Assembly: GCA_963700285.1 (NCBI GenBank)
Contig: CAVOXA010000001.1
Location: forward strand, 992,001-1,056,000
Length of the DNA: 64,000 nucleotides
Reading direction: 5' to 3'
Origin: an uncultured Chloroflexia bacterium
GTDB lineage: Bacteria; Chloroflexota; Anaerolineae; JAAYZQ01
Shown: positions 1 to 11,017 of the stretch, piece by piece
Layout: each line of letters opens with the position of its first letter
How positions within the stretch are numbered: position 1 is the first letter of the stretch
Position numbers and translations under genes: made by a program
Notes under the pieces: model-generated
Database searches by the model: none
Told to the model about the DNA's origin: nothing
The model's input: only the letters and a program-made list of their open reading frames with translations

Positions 1-298
1 AGAACTGTTGGGCGGCGGAGACATAGATAAGGAGCGTGACAAGACTCAGCAGGGCAATGGCAGCAGGAAAGCGTGTTAGAGCCAGGCGCCACCGGCTGGG
101 CCGCGGGCGGGCTAGCTGGGTGCTCGGCGCACCTGGCTCAGCGTGCGGCTTCACGTGGCCCGTGGGCTGCTGAGGCGCCACCGGGCGAGCCTCGGTTTTT
201 CGCCTGGTGCGGAACGTAGGCTGGGCAATCTCGGACTTGAAGGTCCGGCGCTGCCTGCGTCTCGCTTTCCCCTGCTGCTTGTTCAGCGGTATTCTCAA
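1..298 (-). CDS. ftsQ: Cell division protein FtsQ/DivIB, N-terminal part (runs off the window)
   Basis: Manual translation from TTG at 298, which overlaps the ddl stop: basic cytoplasmic tail (KARRRQRRTFK), then a hydrophobic helix (FPAAIALLSLVTLLIYV). Lies directly after ddl in a dcw cluster. Not in the ORF track. Confidence 0.7.
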   Translation of the reverse strand, partial: MRIPLNKQQGKARRRQRRTFKSEIAQPTFRTRRKTEARPVAPQQPTGHVKPHAEPGAPSTQLARPRPSRWRLALTRFPAAIALLSLVTLLIYVSAAQQF

Positions 299-1434
299 GT
301 CCCTTGCTCCCGGTCCGGCAACTGGTACGATGTGGCGGTACGGCTCTTGTCCTGAAACCGTTCCAATGCTAACTCGATGAGCTGGTGGATCAACTCAGTG
401 TAGGAGACGCCACTGGCTTCCCATAGTTTAGGATACATGCTGATGGGTGTGAAGCCTGGGAGCGTGTTCACTTCGTTGAGATACACTGTGTTTGTGCTTC
501 TCTCCAGCAAGAAATCGACGCGGGCCATTCCCGCACAATCAATGGCTTGATATGCCTCCACTGCCAGTCGGCGCACCAACTCGGCTGTCTCAGCCGGGAT
601 AGGGGCTGGGATCAGCAAGTCAGATTCCCCATCCAGATACTTTGCCTTATAGTCATAGAACTCATTGCTGGGCACAATCTCGCCAGGCACGCTGGCGACA
701 GGATTGTCATTGCCCAGGACGCTGACCTCGATCTCTCGGGCATCTACAGCCACCTCGACCAAGATTTTCCGGTCGTAGCGGGCTGCAGTGTCCAGGGCAG
801 CGCATAGTTCGGAACGATCGTGGGCCTTGGTGATCCCAACGCTGGACCCCAGGTTGGCTGGCTTGACGAAACAATCGTAGCCGATTTCTCCCTCGATCTT
901 GCCCAAAACCGCTTCTGGGTGTTCTTCCCATGCTTTTCGTTTCAGCGCCACCGCACGTACCACCGGCACTCTGTGGGCACGCATTACATCTTTGAAGAGT
1001 ATTTTGTCCATCCCCACTGCTGAGGCTACCACCCCGGCGCCGACGTAGGGAATGCCGGCCAGCTCCAATAGCCCCTGAAGGGTGCCGTCTTCGCCGAAAG
1101 GCCCGTGTAGAATAGGAAAGACCACATCGAGCTGGCGCAACTCTATTGCGGTTATGCTTTGTTGTCCGTCGCCTTTGTCCAGGCGCATAAGACCCCGCCG
1201 GCTGGGCTCGGCCAGAAGGATGGCAGGGTTGCTCTCTGCCATTTTCCCCGAGCTTAGGGCCTTGAGGGGATCGCCCGAAGCAAGCCACCGGCCCTCTTTG
1301 GTAACGCCGATGGGCACGATCTCATATCTTGCCTTGTCTATGGCGCCCATCACGCCTTGAGCGGACATGAGGGATACTTCATGTTCGCCGGAACGGCCCC
1401 CAAAGATGAGTCCTACCACAAGCCTATTTTCCAT
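295..1434 (-). CDS. ddl: D-alanine--D-alanine ligase
   Basis: GGRSGEHEVS, LHGPFGEDG, KPANLGSSVG, EVNTLPGFT motifs; ATG at 1434. Confidence 0.97.
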   Translation of the reverse strand: MENRLVVGLIFGGRSGEHEVSLMSAQGVMGAIDKARYEIVPIGVTKEGRWLASGDPLKALSSGKMAESNPAILLAEPSRRGLMRLDKGDGQQSITAIELRQLDVVFPILHGPFGEDGTLQGLLELAGIPYVGAGVVASAVGMDKILFKDVMRAHRVPVVRAVALKRKAWEEHPEAVLGKIEGEIGYDCFVKPANLGSSVGITKAHDRSELCAALDTAARYDRKILVEVAVDAREIEVSVLGNDNPVASVPGEIVPSNEFYDYKAKYLDGESDLLIPAPIPAETAELVRRLAVEAYQAIDCAGMARVDFLLERSTNTVYLNEVNTLPGFTPISMYPKLWEASGVSYTELIHQLIELALERFQDKSRTATSYQLPDREQGT

Positions 1435-1439
1435 ACTAT

Positions 1440-1510
1440 ATTCTACCAAAGCATCTGTTTTTTTGCAAACCCAACCATGCAGGTCCGAATTTCTTCCATT
1501 TTCTGTTAAT
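1440..1510 (-). promoter_or_regulatory. Sigma70-type promoter for ddl (TTGCAA-17-TAGAAT, extended -10), probably leaderless
   Basis: Minus strand reads TTGCAA aaaaacagatgctttgg TAGAAT atagt ATG. Confidence 0.75.
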
Positions 1511-1545
1511 TCTTGTCTGGATGATCAGTATCCTCTAATTCTGAA

Positions 1546-2544
1546 CTACCATTCACCGATTAGCTCAATCTCCATTTCCAGCTCCAGCCCGAACCTCTCC
1601 AGGACTGTTTGATAAGCCAGGTCGACGAGCCTTTTGATGTCGGTTGCAGAGGCATGGCCAAGATTGACGAAAAAGTTTGCGTGCAGCGGCGAGATCTGGG
1701 CTCCGCCAGAGCACCTGCCCTTTAGACCTGCCTCGTCGATGAGCCGCCCCGCATAGTCACCGCGCGGGTTTTTGAACACCGAACCACAGGTTGCCCCGGG
1801 CGGCTGGTTTGCTTTGCGCCTTGCCGTCATCATGGCCGCCCTTTCTCTCAACGCTTCCGGTTCGGCTGGCACCAGCGCGAATTGGGCGTCCAGGATGACG
1901 ATCTGCTGCCCGCCACTTTCTGTTCGTTGCTTCAGAATGCTCGTCCGGTAGCCATAGTCAAAACGCTCCACCGGCCAAACAAGGACTCTACCGGTTGGCT
2001 CCATGACAGTTGCCTGCTCCAGCGTTGCGGCGATGTCAGAACCCCATGCGCCCGCGTTTCCTATGACTGCACCGCCCACCGTACCGGGTATGCCTGTAGC
2101 CCATTCCAACCCGCCGCGCCCGCGTGCGAGGCAGCGCCGTGCCAATGTCGAGAAAGAGGTTCCACTATCAGCCTTGACCCCTCCGGGAGAAAAAACGATC
2201 GCCCGGGCACGATTGAGTATGACCAGGCCTCGTACTCCTCGGTCACTCACCAATACGTTTGACCCGCCACCCAGCACGCGGCAGGGGACGCCTTGCTGCC
2301 AAGCAAGTATCGCAGACTGGCGCAAGGCCTCAGGATTGGCGGCCGCAACGAGCAAGTCGGCCGGGCCCCCAACGCGAAGGGCAGTGTAGCGGGCCAGGGG
2401 CGCTCCCAAGTGGACCGACTCCGGACCCAATGCCTTCTCCAGGTCGGCGGCCAAGCGGTCGATGCCATGCCGATGCTCCCTCGCTGCCAAGCTCTCACCC
2501 CGGGCGCTTGCTGGCAGCGCCCATTGACCAGCCTGTTTGCTCAT
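1546..2544 (-). CDS. murB: UDP-N-acetylenolpyruvoylglucosamine reductase
   Basis: VGGPAD, LGGGSNVLV, GIPGTVGGA, GSVFKNP, HANFFVN. Confidence 0.95.
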   Translation of the reverse strand: MSKQAGQWALPASARGESLAAREHRHGIDRLAADLEKALGPESVHLGAPLARYTALRVGGPADLLVAAANPEALRQSAILAWQQGVPCRVLGGGSNVLVSDRGVRGLVILNRARAIVFSPGGVKADSGTSFSTLARRCLARGRGGLEWATGIPGTVGGAVIGNAGAWGSDIAATLEQATVMEPTGRVLVWPVERFDYGYRTSILKQRTESGGQQIVILDAQFALVPAEPEALRERAAMMTARRKANQPPGATCGSVFKNPRGDYAGRLIDEAGLKGRCSGGAQISPLHANFFVNLGHASATDIKRLVDLAYQTVLERFGLELEMEIELIGEW

Positions 2545-2619
2545 GATCCGCCGAATGCCCTTATCTTTGCCCGAGACTGCTTGCAGCAGTCTAGCTACTC
2601 CACCATGCCGGTGGCTTCT

Positions 2620-4062
2620 CTAGAGCGCCTGCTCCGAGACCTCGCGGCGCACGCTGTCTCCATTGGTGCCGCTTTCGATGTGCGCCAGAACCCTCTCACC
2701 GATCAAGTAGCCATCCCCGGCTCCTAGTGTGATGACTACATCGCCGGACTCGATCCTGGCCATCAGCATCGAGACAGCAGAGTCCATTGTCTCTGCGTAG
2801 TTGGCGTCGGGATGATTCATATGCATGACCAGATCATCACCGGAAATACCCAAAAGATTCTGTTCCCTGGCGGCATAAATGCCTGTGACGATCACGTGGT
2901 CCGCATCGCTGAAAGCGGTCGCAAAGTCGTCCAGCAAAGTTGCTGTGCGACTGTAAGTGTGGGGCTGGAACACTGCCCAGATGGGCCGGCCCGGGTACTT
3001 GAGCTGCGCCGCGGCCAGCGTCGCCCGGACCTCGGTGGGGTGGTGGGCATAGTCATCCACCACTGTAACCCCATCCGCTTGCCCCTTGAATTCGAAGCGG
3101 CGCGCTGTGCCCTGGAATCGCGTGAGCGCTGCCGCAGCGGTGTCAAAGTCTACGCCGGCCTCATTGCCGGCTGCAATCGCAGCCAGTGCATTCAACACGT
3201 TGTGGCGGCCCGGTATCTGGAGGGCGCAGGTTCCGAGCTTTTTGCCATTCTTCACACTGGCCTTGTGCCCGATCTCAAAGATGGCGTGCTTGCCGAGGTG
3301 TGAGCCTTCTGCCCACCAATCCCAGCGCTGGTCGAGCCCATAGTACTCCACCCGGCGCTCCCGGCCGCCAAAAGATTCGCCCAATTGCCGTGCTTCAACA
3401 TCGTCACCACAGAGGATGAGCAGGCCTCCGGGAGTGACGCCATCCACAAAGACCCGGAATGCGGTTCTCATCTCTTCAAATGTCGGATAACAGTCGGGAT
3501 GGTCGTGTTCCAACACGGTGACGACCGCCACATCGGGCCGTAGCCCCAGGAAGGCGCGGTCATATTCGTCGGCCTCAATCACAAAGTGTGGTCCTGTTCC
3601 GGCCCGAGCATTGGTTCCCAGGTTCTGCAGCACGCCTCCGACAATGAACGTAGGATCCAGTCCAGCCTGAACCAAGATCCAAGCGATCATGGCGCTGGTG
3701 GTGGTCTTGCCGTGGGCGCCAGCCACAGCGATTGTGATCTTTTTATCTGTCAATTCGCCCAAGATCTGCTCGCGCTTGACCATGGGTATCCCCTGCCGCA
3801 CAGCCTCAACGATCTCAGGATTATTGTTAGGTACTGCTGAGGAGACAATAACCAGGTCCGTACCGGCGACCCAATCGGCCCGGTGCCCCTCGTGTACGGC
3901 GATGCCCTCTTCAATCAACTCCTGGGTCAGGCCCGTCGGTCGTTGGTCAGAGCCCGATACCTGGAAGCCCAAGCCATGGAGTACGCGCGCAATGGCAGAT
4001 AGCCCGATGCCGCCGATGCCCACGAGGTGTATTCTGTTGCCTGGTTGCAGCAGTGGTGCCAT
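2620..4062 (-). CDS. murC: UDP-N-acetylmuramate--L-alanine ligase
   Basis: IHLVGIGGIGLS, AGAHGKTTTS, EADEYD, DDYAHHPTE, FQPHTYSR. Confidence 0.96.
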   Translation of the reverse strand: MAPLLQPGNRIHLVGIGGIGLSAIARVLHGLGFQVSGSDQRPTGLTQELIEEGIAVHEGHRADWVAGTDLVIVSSAVPNNNPEIVEAVRQGIPMVKREQILGELTDKKITIAVAGAHGKTTTSAMIAWILVQAGLDPTFIVGGVLQNLGTNARAGTGPHFVIEADEYDRAFLGLRPDVAVVTVLEHDHPDCYPTFEEMRTAFRVFVDGVTPGGLLILCGDDVEARQLGESFGGRERRVEYYGLDQRWDWWAEGSHLGKHAIFEIGHKASVKNGKKLGTCALQIPGRHNVLNALAAIAAGNEAGVDFDTAAAALTRFQGTARRFEFKGQADGVTVVDDYAHHPTEVRATLAAAQLKYPGRPIWAVFQPHTYSRTATLLDDFATAFSDADHVIVTGIYAAREQNLLGISGDDLVMHMNHPDANYAETMDSAVSMLMARIESGDVVITLGAGDGYLIGERVLAHIESGTNGDSVRREVSEQAL

Positions 4063-4069
4063 TGCCTGC

Positions 4070-4612
4070 CTACCTGAATATGATGGCCAGAAGCAGAAGC
4101 ATGCCCAGCAGCAGCATTGGAAACGGACTGAAATCATTCATGAGTGACACCGGTAGAAACGGGATGATAGCGTCGTTTAGCTTTGAGAATGGAGATGTGA
4201 CGATCTCGAGGGTGGGCCAGTAATACTCGGCAAGGTCCGTGACATTCCAGATGGTACCCACGACGAGGTATCCGTTGAGCAGCCCAATTATGTATCCGAA
4301 AATGTTGTTCAAAATGCCCTTCAACTTGAGCGGGAATCGCAGCACGATGCCCTCGTAGGCAATAAAGGCAACGATCAAGATGGCTGTAGTATAGTAGAGT
4401 GCCTCGATCTGGGCCGCCGTGAGCTCTCCAAACGGGCTTGACTGTACCAGGCTGACGAGGGCATCGCCAGCCAGATCCCAGCCGAACCAAAGTGCAAATA
4501 GTGTGAGGGCCAGGACAGCACCAGTTCCAAGCTCCTTGGCCACACCACGCACGGCGCCAATGACTCCGAATACAAAGATAAGCGTGAACCAAAAATACTC
4601 GACAGGGATCAT
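4070..4612 (-). CDS. CvpA-like multi-pass membrane protein
   Basis: About 4-5 hydrophobic segments; 'GAVRGVAKEL' and 'FGYIIGLLNGYL' resemble CvpA; ATGA overlap with the murG stop. Confidence 0.6.
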   Translation of the reverse strand: MIPVEYFWFTLIFVFGVIGAVRGVAKELGTGAVLALTLFALWFGWDLAGDALVSLVQSSPFGELTAAQIEALYYTTAILIVAFIAYEGIVLRFPLKLKGILNNIFGYIIGLLNGYLVVGTIWNVTDLAEYYWPTLEIVTSPFSKLNDAIIPFLPVSLMNDFSPFPMLLLGMLLLLAIIFR

Positions 4613-5757
4613 CGATCTGCTCCTGCCTGACCAACCGAATGACGGCGAGCCACCAACCACAGTACCTCGGCAATTGCATCTGCCGCGTCTGGCCGGGCCA
4701 TGGCTTGGGCTGATTCTCGCATATCTGCCAGGGCCTGGTGGTTGTCGATAAGCCTCAGAATTGTGGGAACCAGTTTCTGAGACAACTGGGCATCGGCAAG
4801 TACTTCCGCCGCGCCGTTGCGAGCCATGTACCTTGCATTCGGCTCCTGGTGCTGTCCCGAATAGGGATAGGGTATGAGAACAGCGGGCAAGCCGGCCGCG
4901 GGGAACTCGCCCATGGTCGCGGCACCCGAACGGGCGACGGCCAGGTCAGCAGAAACCAGTGCTTGCGGCATCTCGTGCAAGAAGTCAAAGTGATGATAGT
5001 TTGCTTTCAGCTCCTCTGGTAGACTTTGGGCTGCGTCGGCCACCCACTCGGCGTCCAACCGCCCGGTCACGTGCAGGATCTGGCATTTGGGTAGCAATTC
5101 CTGTAACCCTGCTACCAGAGCTTGATTGATACTGCGGGCCCCTCGGCTGCCACCGAACACGACGACGGTCTTTTCTTCTGGCTTTAGCTTCAGAGCTTCT
5201 CGTGCACGTGTCCTGTCTAGCGTGTAGATCTCAGACCGCACGGGGTAACCCGTCACCACAACCTTGTCCCGGCGCAGATGTTGGTAAGATTCCTCGCTGG
5301 TTACGGCGACCTTCTTCGCAAAGCGGCTCAAGAGCCGAATAGCTATTCCGGGCACGATATCTGGCAAATAGATGACGACGGGAATTCGCTGGATGCGGGC
5401 AGCCAGTGTCGTCGCGACACAGGCATAGCCCCCCGTAGCAAGGATCACGTCGGGCTTGAAGCCTGAGAGAATCGCGCCTGCTTTTCTCACGCTGGCGGCA
5501 ATCTGGGCTGAATTGTATACTGTCTCGGTGGCTTTCTTGCCGCGGATCCCCCCGGCAGCCAGCTCGACGAACTTTAGCCTGGTATGCTCTACAAGCTCCT
5601 TTTCGAGCCCGTCCTTGCTTCCCACCCACAGTATATCGGTAGGTTTCAACGTGGGCAGCGAGGTGCCCGCGGGCTTGGAGCTGAGAAATCGGTCCACGAC
5701 GGCCAGCGCCGGATAGACGTGCCCGCCGGTACCACCGGCCGATACCAGGAGTTTCAT
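4609..5757 (-). CDS. murG: Undecaprenyl-PP-MurNAc-pentapeptide GlcNAc transferase
   Basis: GGTGGHVYPALA, TGGY, FGGSRGA, RSGA, HQEPNA. Confidence 0.96.
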   Translation of the reverse strand: MKLLVSAGGTGGHVYPALAVVDRFLSSKPAGTSLPTLKPTDILWVGSKDGLEKELVEHTRLKFVELAAGGIRGKKATETVYNSAQIAASVRKAGAILSGFKPDVILATGGYACVATTLAARIQRIPVVIYLPDIVPGIAIRLLSRFAKKVAVTSEESYQHLRRDKVVVTGYPVRSEIYTLDRTRAREALKLKPEEKTVVVFGGSRGARSINQALVAGLQELLPKCQILHVTGRLDAEWVADAAQSLPEELKANYHHFDFLHEMPQALVSADLAVARSGAATMGEFPAAGLPAVLIPYPYSGQHQEPNARYMARNGAAEVLADAQLSQKLVPTILRLIDNHQALADMRESAQAMARPDAADAIAEVLWLVARRHSVGQAGADR

Positions 5758-6857
5758 GGCTTCACGTGTTCCGTGTTCACGGCTCGTGAGATGCTCAACA
5801 TGATGCCAACCCCAATCATACAGGTTACCAAAGAGGAACCGCCAACGCTAATGAATGGCAGGGCGATTCCGGTGAAGGGGATGGTCCCGGTCACTACGAG
5901 AAGGTTGATCAACGCCTGGAATGCGATCCAGCAAGTGACCCCGATGGCCAGAAGGCTCCCAAAAGAATCCGGGGCCAGGCGGGCAAGCCGAAAGCCACGG
6001 TAGGTCACCAGTGCAAAGAGGGCGACAACGGCCAGGCCGCCCAACAAACCCAACTCTTCGCCAACAATGGCAAAAACGCTGTCGGTATGGCGTGCTGGCA
6101 GCCACTGGTACTGCATCCGCCCATTCCCTGGTCCCAAACCGAAAAGACCTCCGCTGCCGAGGGCGAGCAATCCCTGACTCAATTGGTAGTTGGGGCAGGC
6201 GAAGGGATGCTTCCAGCATTCGAGAAACGGCGATAGCCGCTCCAGCGCCGTATCCAATTGGCTAACCACAAGGACAAAGGCTCCAATGCCCCCCAAGATA
6301 CCAATGACAAACTGCAGCACGCGCGCACCGGCCAGGAAGAACATGGCCAGGGCTACCAGAACGATGACCATTGCTTCAGAGATGTCGGGCTGGGCCATGA
6401 CCAAACCTGCGATCACGCCAACCATGATTGTGAAGGGCAGCAAGCCATACGGAAGCTTGCGCAAAAGTTCACCCTTGGAGGAAAGCCAGTGGCCAATATA
6501 GATCACCACAGCGAGCTTGGCCAATTCCACAGGCGATACTGACTGGCCTAGCAATTGTCGTCTATCGCCGAGAATGACGAGGATGATGAGCATGAGTACG
6601 GTGGTTGCCATGATTAGAATGGAGAGTTTGGTCCAGTGCCGATAGTCAAACCACGCGGCAAAAACCATGGCCACCGTACCGATCCCGAGCCAGATTAACT
6701 GGAGCTTGAGGTGGTGTGACTGATCCTCAAAGTTGCGGTAGCCCCAATCGGCAGTGGAACTGAATACCATCATCAGCCCCACGGTGATCAGGGCAACCAG
6801 CGCGCCAACCAGGATCCAATCGGGCGATCGCAGTAACTTGGGCTTTGCTTCTTCCAT
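5754..6857 (-). CDS. ftsW: SEDS peptidoglycan polymerase FtsW
   Basis: PVELAK, QPD, GSGGLFGLGPG, LPARHTDSVFAIVGEELG, LPFISVGGSSL. Confidence 0.93.
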   Translation of the reverse strand: MEEAKPKLLRSPDWILVGALVALITVGLMMVFSSTADWGYRNFEDQSHHLKLQLIWLGIGTVAMVFAAWFDYRHWTKLSILIMATTVLMLIILVILGDRRQLLGQSVSPVELAKLAVVIYIGHWLSSKGELLRKLPYGLLPFTIMVGVIAGLVMAQPDISEAMVIVLVALAMFFLAGARVLQFVIGILGGIGAFVLVVSQLDTALERLSPFLECWKHPFACPNYQLSQGLLALGSGGLFGLGPGNGRMQYQWLPARHTDSVFAIVGEELGLLGGLAVVALFALVTYRGFRLARLAPDSFGSLLAIGVTCWIAFQALINLLVVTGTIPFTGIALPFISVGGSSLVTCMIGVGIMLSISRAVNTEHVKP

Positions 6858-6860
6858 TGT

Positions 6861-8330
6861 TCACCTCAGTGCTTTCACCAAGCTCTGAAAATGCTTTCCT
6901 CGTGCCACAAAATCTCGGTAGACATCAAAACTGGTTCCTCCAGGAGAGAGAAGAACCACATCGCCGGGACGTGCTACCTGGCTCGCAAGCTCGACAGCAC
7001 GGTCCAACGTCCCCGCATGGTGGATCTGGCAGGATCTGATCCCCGAAGGTTCAGCATCCTTCATTGCCTCTTCGATGAGCGCGGAGGCTTCGCCAAAGAG
7101 AACCAGGTGACTGACTCTTTGCCAGGCCAACGCAGCCATCTCCTGCCAGGGCAGGTGTTTGTCTCGCCCTCCAGCTAGTAGCACGATACGATCATCGGGA
7201 AATGCCCGGAGGGCGGCCACGGTCCGCTCTGGCGTCGTGGCGATGCTGTCATCGTACCAGCGTATTCTATCTTTCTCTCTACACAATTCCAGCCGGTGAT
7301 CCACACCGCGAAAAGTCGTGACCGCCTGGCGCACGGCCTCTATGGGCGCAGCCGCTGCAGCGGCCAGTGTGCATGCCGCCAGGGCATTGGCCAAATTGTG
7401 GTGCCCCAATAGTTTCAGGTCCGCTGTCTGGCAGACTACCTGGTCGCGCCCTGCCAATCGCACTACCAGTGCGCCGTCCTGTAGAAAGGCACCCGATGTT
7501 ACTTTTTGTCTGGTACTGAACCATAGTATCCTCCTTTTAACGTTTCCGATTTCTCCCATCTGCCGCACGATAGGATCATCCAGGTTCAAGATGGTCGTGT
7601 CTTCAGGTTGTTGGTGAAGCAAGATCTGTGACTTTGCGGCGACATAGGCTTCCATTGACGAGTGACGGTCCAGGTGATTGGGCGTGATGTTGAGCACAGC
7701 GGCGATGGGAGGGCTCCAGCCCGCACGATCAAAGATCTTTTCCTGTGCTTCACCCTTTTGTCCATCCCTCCCTTTGCTGGTGCACGGTGCAAAAAACTCC
7801 AGTTGGAAACTCGAAAGTTCCATTACTACAACATCTGTTGGTGTGATTTCTCCCAGATGACCCACAAGTGGCCGCCCGATATTGCCTCCAACCCAGGTCC
7901 TTCGGCCTGCGGCTTTGAATATCTGCCCAACTAGGGCCGTCGTGGTCGTCTTGCCACTTGATCCCGTGATCCCCATCACTGGCACTGGACAAAGCTGGCT
8001 GAACAAGCGTGTTTCGCTACTCAGCGGCAGGCGTCGTTGCCGTGCCTCGCACAGAAGCGGGATCCCCAAAGGTACACCAGGACTGACAAAGAGAATATTC
8101 ACCTCATCCAGCAGTGCCAGTGGGTGCGCGCCCAGTACAAAGGTCACCGGTAGGCCAGACAGAAATGCCATGTTTTCGGCCACTGCAGCTGCTGGCTGCA
8201 TGTCCGTGACGGTCACGCGAGCGCCGTGCTCCACCAAGAAACGGGTCAGGGCAGTTCCCTCGCGCGCCAGCCCCACAACCAGGGCCTGTACGCCAGTAAA
8301 ATCTGGCCCCTTGCCTCTAGCGCTGTTCAT
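6861..8330 (-). CDS. murD: UDP-MurNAc-L-Ala--D-glutamate ligase
   Basis: VSPGVP, GITGSSGKTTT, ELSSFQLE, NITPNHLDRH, DDSIATT, LLSPGGTSFD. Confidence 0.95.
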   Translation of the reverse strand: MNSARGKGPDFTGVQALVVGLAREGTALTRFLVEHGARVTVTDMQPAAAVAENMAFLSGLPVTFVLGAHPLALLDEVNILFVSPGVPLGIPLLCEARQRRLPLSSETRLFSQLCPVPVMGITGSSGKTTTTALVGQIFKAAGRRTWVGGNIGRPLVGHLGEITPTDVVVMELSSFQLEFFAPCTSKGRDGQKGEAQEKIFDRAGWSPPIAAVLNITPNHLDRHSSMEAYVAAKSQILLHQQPEDTTILNLDDPIVRQMGEIGNVKRRILWFSTRQKVTSGAFLQDGALVVRLAGRDQVVCQTADLKLLGHHNLANALAACTLAAAAAAPIEAVRQAVTTFRGVDHRLELCREKDRIRWYDDSIATTPERTVAALRAFPDDRIVLLAGGRDKHLPWQEMAALAWQRVSHLVLFGEASALIEEAMKDAEPSGIRSCQIHHAGTLDRAVELASQVARPGDVVLLSPGGTSFDVYRDFVARGKHFQSLVKALR

Positions 8331-8444
8331 GTTTTCTGAAATCCATCCACAGACCAACGGCTAACCTGCGACGGGCCAGGGCAGAGACTCTCCATCCGGT
8401 CCGCGAATACGCGGCGAATCCACAGACAAGCAGTGTAGGAGCAA

Positions 8445-9516
8445 TCACAGCAGCGCCAGTGCGATGCCGAGCATGGCGGCCAGTACGCCAATGATCCAGA
8501 ATCGTTGTGTGACCTGTGTTTCGCTCCACCCTGATAGCTCAAAGTGCAGGTGAAGTGGTGTCATTTTGAATACGCGGCGACCAACTCCGTTCAGCCATCG
8601 AGTCAGCTTAAAGCAGGTCACCTGAATCGTCACTGATCCGATCTCAGCCACAAAGATCAGGCCAACGATGGGCAGGAGCAACCATTGAAACGACATCAAC
8701 GCGACGACCGCCAGGGTTGCTCCCAATGCCAGGGAGCCAAGCCCGCCCATGAAAAGATCGGCCGGGTGGGTATTGAACCAGAGAAAGGCGAACAATGCGC
8801 CCACCATGGCGAAAGAGAAAGAAAGCAAAGGGAACTGCCCCTGCAAAAAAGCAATGATCCCGTAGGCGACAAAGGCCACGATTGCGATTGAGCCTGCCAG
8901 ACCGTCCAGCCCGTCGGTCAGATTGACCGCGTTGGCCATGCCAACGATGATCATCGTCGCGATGGGCACGTACCAGATGCCAACGTCGACTACTTCCTCC
9001 ACTGTCGGGATGCCTACTTCGTGGAGGGCCAGGAACTGGGGATGATACAGCCCGATGGCAGCCACCAACGCCAGCAAAAACTGAAGAGGGAACATGATCC
9101 GCGCTCGAAGACCCTTGCCACCAAACCAGCCACGTACCTCAGCAAGATCGTCAATGGCGCCCAATATCCCAAAACCAACCATGACCAGGAGTGGCAGTAG
9201 GATGCTCTTGCCAATCAGCGCGCTGCCTTCCTCAAAGTCAAAGAACGCCAGGATCGCCTTGCCAGCTTCAAAGCCGCTCAAAAAGTTGGCAAAGTTCATA
9301 ACGACTGTGATGAGCGATGACCGGAATCAGAAACATCAAACCACCCATGGTTGGCGTGCCCATCTTGGTCTGGTGGCTTGTTGGGAGTTCGACCCGGATC
9401 TCTTTGCCTATACGCCACCGGCGAAGAAGCCGGATAAGCGGTGGCCCCCAGATGACGGCGAGAAAAAACGCTACAGTACCCAGCGCCAGGGCAAAGGGCA
9501 TTGGTTGAGATGTCAT
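8445..9516 (-). CDS. mraY: Phospho-MurNAc-pentapeptide transferase; one frameshift near 9317, probably a sequencing error
   Basis: N-terminal part (KMGTPTMGG) in ORF 9268-9516; remainder ([24 protein letters not shown]) in ORF 8445-9299. Removing one base gives the continuous [13 protein letters not shown]. Confidence 0.9.
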
Positions 9517-11009
9517 AGCCGGCGCTCCTTGAATTGTGGAGCAGTCACCCTCTGTGATTGGGTCAAGCTGGCTACAATCTCCTCCATCGCCACTCCGCGC
9601 GACCCCTTGATCAAAACCCGGTCATCTCCCGTTCCAGCTTCTATGAGGGCCTTGAGCAATGCAGTGGCCTGGGCGTTGGTTTCGACCGAGTGTACAGCAT
9701 CCGGGTCCATACCCATCATCAGGGCTTCCTGGCCAATGGTTCTGGCCAGCGGACCGACGGTGATCAGCAGGTCGGCAACGCCACGTACCCGGCGGCCTAC
9801 AAGCTTGTGACCCTCCTCTTCGTACTGCCCCAACTCGAACATGTCGCCCAGAACAGCGATCTTGCGCCCCCGGATGTCGTCCAGCAGATTCAGCGCGGCG
9901 ATGCACGAGGCGGGACTGGCGTTGTAGGTGTCGTCCAGGATGATAGATCCGGCTGGACCTGGCACAACCACCAGTCGCAACTGGGCCGATTGGTCGTGCA
10001 GTCCAGCCATGATCTCTTCCCAGGATAGTCCTTCTGTAAGTCCAACTGCTGCTGCGCGTAGGGCGGTGTGGACACTGTGCCGACCCAGCATGGGGACCCG
10101 GGCATAGACAAGCTCCTGGCCGTAGTGGAACCGGAAATGGATGCCTTCCAGTCCCTCACTCTCGATGTCGTCGGCCCACAGGTCCGAGCTGGGATCCAGG
10201 CCATAGGTGAATACCCGGGCCCTTGTCTGGTCTGCCATGGCTCGTACCCACTCGTCGTCAGCGTTTAGGATGGCGATGCCCCCTTCCTCCGAGGATGGGA
10301 GGGCCTGGGGCAACTCGGCCTTTGCCTGGGCTATGCGCTCAAGGGTGCCGAGCCGCTCCAGGTGGCTAGGTCCGACATTAGTGACCACGCCTGTTTGAGG
10401 TTTGGCGATCTCGGCCAGTTCTGCGATCTCACCAGTGTCATACATGCCCATCTCTAGCACCACGCGTTCGTGGTCTGCAGTCAGATGCAACAGGGTCAGG
10501 GGCAGGCCGATCTCGTTGTTGTAGTTGCCCTCACTTTTTAAGGTACGATACCGCTGGCGGACGACGGCGGCGATGACTTCTTTGCTGGTCGTTTTTCCGA
10601 TGCTGCCGGTAATGCCAATGACCTTCACGCTGTGCTGCTGCCGCCAATAAGCGGCCGCACGTTGGAGCGCTGCCAAGCTGTCCGGAACAACCAGGCAAAC
10701 CGCGTCCAGGTATCTGCAAACCCGCACATCGCTTCCTTCGACGTTATAGCAATTGGCAATGTCTGGAACGTTTTCAGCGATGATGGCCACCGCGCCCCTG
10801 CGAATGGCCTCCGGGATGTAGTCATGGCCATCGTGCCGCTCGCCCCGCAGAGCGATGAACAGGCAGCCGGGGCCAGCCAGGCGCGAATCGATGACCGTGT
10901 TCTTGAGCCGGATCGTGTCCGGTTTGGGTACAACCTCAGTTTCCGGTGATCTGTCTGCAAGCCCGGCTATCAGGTCGGCCAGCGTCAAGGTGCCAGATCT
11001 CTTTGCCAT
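9513..11009 (-). CDS. murF: UDP-MurNAc-tripeptide--D-Ala-D-Ala ligase
   Basis: [53 protein letters not shown]. Confidence 0.95.
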   Translation of the reverse strand: MAKRSGTLTLADLIAGLADRSPETEVVPKPDTIRLKNTVIDSRLAGPGCLFIALRGERHDGHDYIPEAIRRGAVAIIAENVPDIANCYNVEGSDVRVCRYLDAVCLVVPDSLAALQRAAAYWRQQHSVKVIGITGSIGKTTSKEVIAAVVRQRYRTLKSEGNYNNEIGLPLTLLHLTADHERVVLEMGMYDTGEIAELAEIAKPQTGVVTNVGPSHLERLGTLERIAQAKAELPQALPSSEEGGIAILNADDEWVRAMADQTRARVFTYGLDPSSDLWADDIESEGLEGIHFRFHYGQELVYARVPMLGRHSVHTALRAAAVGLTEGLSWEEIMAGLHDQSAQLRLVVVPGPAGSIILDDTYNASPASCIAALNLLDDIRGRKIAVLGDMFELGQYEEEGHKLVGRRVRGVADLLITVGPLARTIGQEALMMGMDPDAVHSVETNAQATALLKALIEAGTGDDRVLIKGSRGVAMEEIVASLTQSQRVTAPQFKERRL

Positions 11010-11017
11010 GGCTCACG

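Noticed and set aside
9268-9330. Programmed frameshift or split mraY
   Set aside because: No slippery sequence is visible. One extra base explains the break in an essential gene, and similar indels occur elsewhere in the window.
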